A stretch of DNA of 62,739 bases, the filler included, from Circinaria calcarea (lineage: Eukaryota): NCBI GenBank assembly GCA_051942165.1. It is 22 parts of 22 records of this genome, joined end to end, with 100 filler letters (N's around TTAATTAATTAA, not from the genome) between each part and the next. Parts side by side here need not be neighbours in the genome. Positions count along the whole stretch, not along the records: positions 59,999 to 62,739 come from JAVECS010003287.1; 21 more parts are not named here. One strand, written 5' to 3'. The notes under the pieces were generated by a model. That model saw only the letters and a list, made by a program, of their open reading frames with translations, searched no databases and was not told the origin of the DNA. The position numbers were made by a program, and so were the translations under genes. Positions 60,556 through 62,739 of this stretch are shown here, piece by piece (position 1 is the stretch's first letter; each line of letters opens with the position of its first letter).

Positions 60556-62739
60556 TCACATAACCAACCAGCTTAAAAGCACCCAAGCTCCCGTGAGAGT
60601 CCATCCGAGCAGCAGTACCAAAACCCCCAACACCAAGCCCGTCTCTACCCTTCCTCCCGCTCCCTCCCTATGCCTCTCTCCTCCAAAATTCGAGTACCCT
60701 CCACCATGCTCCTCTTCGCTCATCCCGACAAATACCCACAACAGCATCGCCACCAAACTCGCCGCCAGCACCACCGCCAGCGCCCCTGCAATCTTCCCCA
60801 CCGACCAACCCTCCCTAAACTCCAACGCCAGCTTCTCTGCTTTCCCATTCCCATTCCCACTCCCATTTGCCGTCCCCTCTCCCTCACCACCACCACCACC
60901 ATGACTGTTATCTGGCAGTCCCTCCACCCAATCCACCCACTCCCTCTGCCCCCTGCCCCTTTGCGGCGTCCGAAACAGATCTAGCATGCGCTGTTCCGCG
61001 AAGATGTCGTCGACGACCCGGAACGTTTTGAGCTGAACGGGTCGCTCGTGCCGCGCGGCCAATTGCGAGAGGTGGCTGAAGGAGAGGAGGCTGATGGTTT
61101 GCAGGCGGCGGGCGCTGCCGAGGTGGTGCCAGAAACCGCGCAGGCGGGAGTATTGGTCCCGGAGGAGGGTGAAGAGGTGTTCATCATCGATGGACCCCGC
61201 AGAAAGGTCATTTGTGGTAGTAGGGAACTCGGCGGAGATGGCCCGTCTCTGCTTGGACCGCGGGAGTACCACCTTGCCCAATTTCGGAACCGGGTTCCCA
61301 TGGCTGTATAGTACCACGGTCAACACTACCTCTTCTTCCTTCCCCCCCTCCTTTTCCCTCACCACATTCCCCCTCGCCTTCTCAGTCTCCTCCCTCTGCT
61401 CCCCAGGGAACGAAAACCTCCTCTCCTCCCCCTCGCCCTCGCCCTCCTGATCTCTCTCTGGATATGGTGTATTCACGATACTCTGCCTCAGGAACAGATG
61501 TCCCGGCCTTACATCCATGGGCTCCGGCGCCACAAACGTCGTTTTCCTCCTCCGTGTCGGCGCCGTCGCCGCTCTCTTGGGAAATTCGGCGAAGCGCGAA
61601 TCCGGGGGATTGGAGCGCAGGGCGTCCATGAGGCTCATTTTTCGGTTTTCCCGGTACGAGAGGCCGGGGAGGGTGTCTTCGGCTTCGGCTTCTAATGCGG
61701 TGAGGAGAGGAGCAGGTGCTGGCGCTAGCGCTGGTACTCCTGCTGCAGTGCTCGCGATCACGCCCAAAGTGGCTAAGAGATCTTTATTCCGCACCACGGC
61801 AGCATCTTCATCTTCATATACTTCCACTACCGATCTTTTCCTCTCCCCATTCCCCTCTTTCACCTCCTCCCCCAGCACCTTTCCCGCTTTCCCTCGTCCC
61901 CCTCCTCCAAGCCCGAGCCCAAGCTTCGACCCCACCTTCGCAGTCACGCTCCCCGCTCGCGATCCGTCCGCAAAATACGCCGATAGCCGGCTGGGGCGGT
62001 TATCGACCACTGTGGGTCTGTTCAGTCGGGCTTGCCGAGCTGCGGCGATGAGTACTGGTTCGTTGGCATTGCCGTTGCCGTCGCCTTTGCCATTTTCGTA
62101 AGTTGTAGGGCTAGCGCTGATGCCCTCGCCGAAAATTATGTTGCCCGTTCTATCGTCGTAAGAGTAGGGTTCGTCATCCAGCGTGATGGCTGAGACTCGC
62201 CTCTGGCTTACCGACCCCCCTCTTCTCGCTGTTATGGCATTCCCAATCTCGCCGTCTTCAAATCGACCAGGCGAAGCACCGTTATCGTTGGAAATGGCAC
62301 TCATGTCACTCTTCCTCTGCGCTTTCAGATCCACCATGTCCCCTCTTCCCCCTCGAGAAGATGAGACCCCAATTACCACCTCCTTCTCCTCGCTAAATGC
62401 TGCTCCTCCTTCGCTCTCCCCTTCCCCTTCGCCGTGCGGGAATGCGGGCGATTTAATTGCCACCATCGAGCCCGCTGGATAATCGTAGAACCTCCTTCCC
62501 TCCTCCACCTTCTTCCCACTTCCGTGCATGAGCCCAAATTCTGCATTCTGCTGGCCCGAAATCGGTGTTTCGATCTCCTCATGACGAGTTGAATTCAGAG
62601 TATCGGGCGCAGCGACATCTTCTAGAATGTCAAAAGTGCGCAGCCCAGTGGTGGGGTTGATGCGGCTTCCGGCGAGCGGGTTCATGTGTATGCTAGCTGC
62701 GGGGCTATAGGAAGGGTGCATGAGGTTGGGGGTATGGGT
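60556..62739 (-). CDS. Fungal hypothetical membrane protein (long disordered N-terminus, two C-terminal TM helices), possibly 5' truncated
   Basis: Frame of at least 721 aa open to the window edge. DDEHLFTLLRDQYSRLRG, SARRLQTI, LEFREGWSVGKI, then two TM segments ending AWVLLSWLVM. Confidence 0.8.
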   Translation of the reverse strand, partial: THTPNLMHPSYSPAASIHMNPLAGSRINPTTGLRTFDILEDVAAPDTLNSTRHEEIETPISGQQNAEFGLMHGSGKKVEEGRRFYDYPAGSMVAIKSPAFPHGEGEGESEGGAAFSEEKEVVIGVSSSRGGRGDMVDLKAQRKSDMSAISNDNGASPGRFEDGEIGNAITARRGGSVSQRRVSAITLDDEPYSYDDRTGNIIFGEGISASPTTYENGKGDGNGNANEPVLIAAARQARLNRPTVVDNRPSRLSAYFADGSRAGSVTAKVGSKLGLGLGGGGRGKAGKVLGEEVKEGNGERKRSVVEVYEDEDAAVVRNKDLLATLGVIASTAAGVPALAPAPAPLLTALEAEAEDTLPGLSYRENRKMSLMDALRSNPPDSRFAEFPKRAATAPTRRRKTTFVAPEPMDVRPGHLFLRQSIVNTPYPERDQEGEGEGEERRFSFPGEQREETEKARGNVVREKEGGKEEEVVLTVVLYSHGNPVPKLGKVVLPRSKQRRAISAEFPTTTNDLSAGSIDDEHLFTLLRDQYSRLRGFWHHLGSARRLQTISLLSFSHLSQLAARHERPVQLKTFRVVDDIFAEQRMLDLFRTPQRGRGQREWVDWVEGLPDNSHGGGGGEGEGTANGSGNGNGKAEKLALEFREGWSVGKIAGALAVVLAASLVAMLLWVFVGMSEEEHGGGYSNFGGERHREGAGGRVETGLVLGVLVLLLGWTLTGAWVLLSWLVM

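Overview
This window is not one locus. It is 22 unrelated short contigs (2770 bp falling monotonically to 2741 bp, so size-sorted) joined by 21 artificial 100-bp spacers (N44-TTAATTAATTAA-N44). The DNA is from a filamentous ascomycete (Pezizomycotina): short GT-AG introns with CTRAC-like branch points and Aspergillus-like proteins. A lichen-forming lineage is possible but is only inference. Recognisable genes, many cut by contig ends: PP2A catalytic subunit, PpoC-type fatty-acid dioxygenase, DHX57/Ucp12-like DEAH helicase, SAM-carrier-like mitochondrial carrier, ExoIII-family AP endonuclease, AT-hook Orc4, flavin monooxygenase, Ssf1, BTB protein, C2H2 factor, type II NADH dehydrogenase, alpha/beta hydrolase, Cdc1, GH72 Gel2-like glucanosyltransferase, TauD-family dioxygenase, kinase-like protein, NACHT-ankyrin NLR, FAM192A/Fyv6-like protein and two small secreted proteins. 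Mobile DNA: an uninterrupted piggyBac transposase ORF and three MITE-like inverted-repeat elements, one carrying a tRNA-type T-arm/B-box plus oligo-T. Four multi-lesion pseudogenes are visible (CYP52-like P450, CorA-like, lectin-like, F-box). Adjacency across spacers is artificial, so no multi-gene system can be claimed. The best single-contig leads are the NLR with a non-repeat C-terminal beta domain, the B-box-carrying MITE, the piggyBac ORF and the two secreted proteins. All family assignments come from motif recognition; no searches were run.
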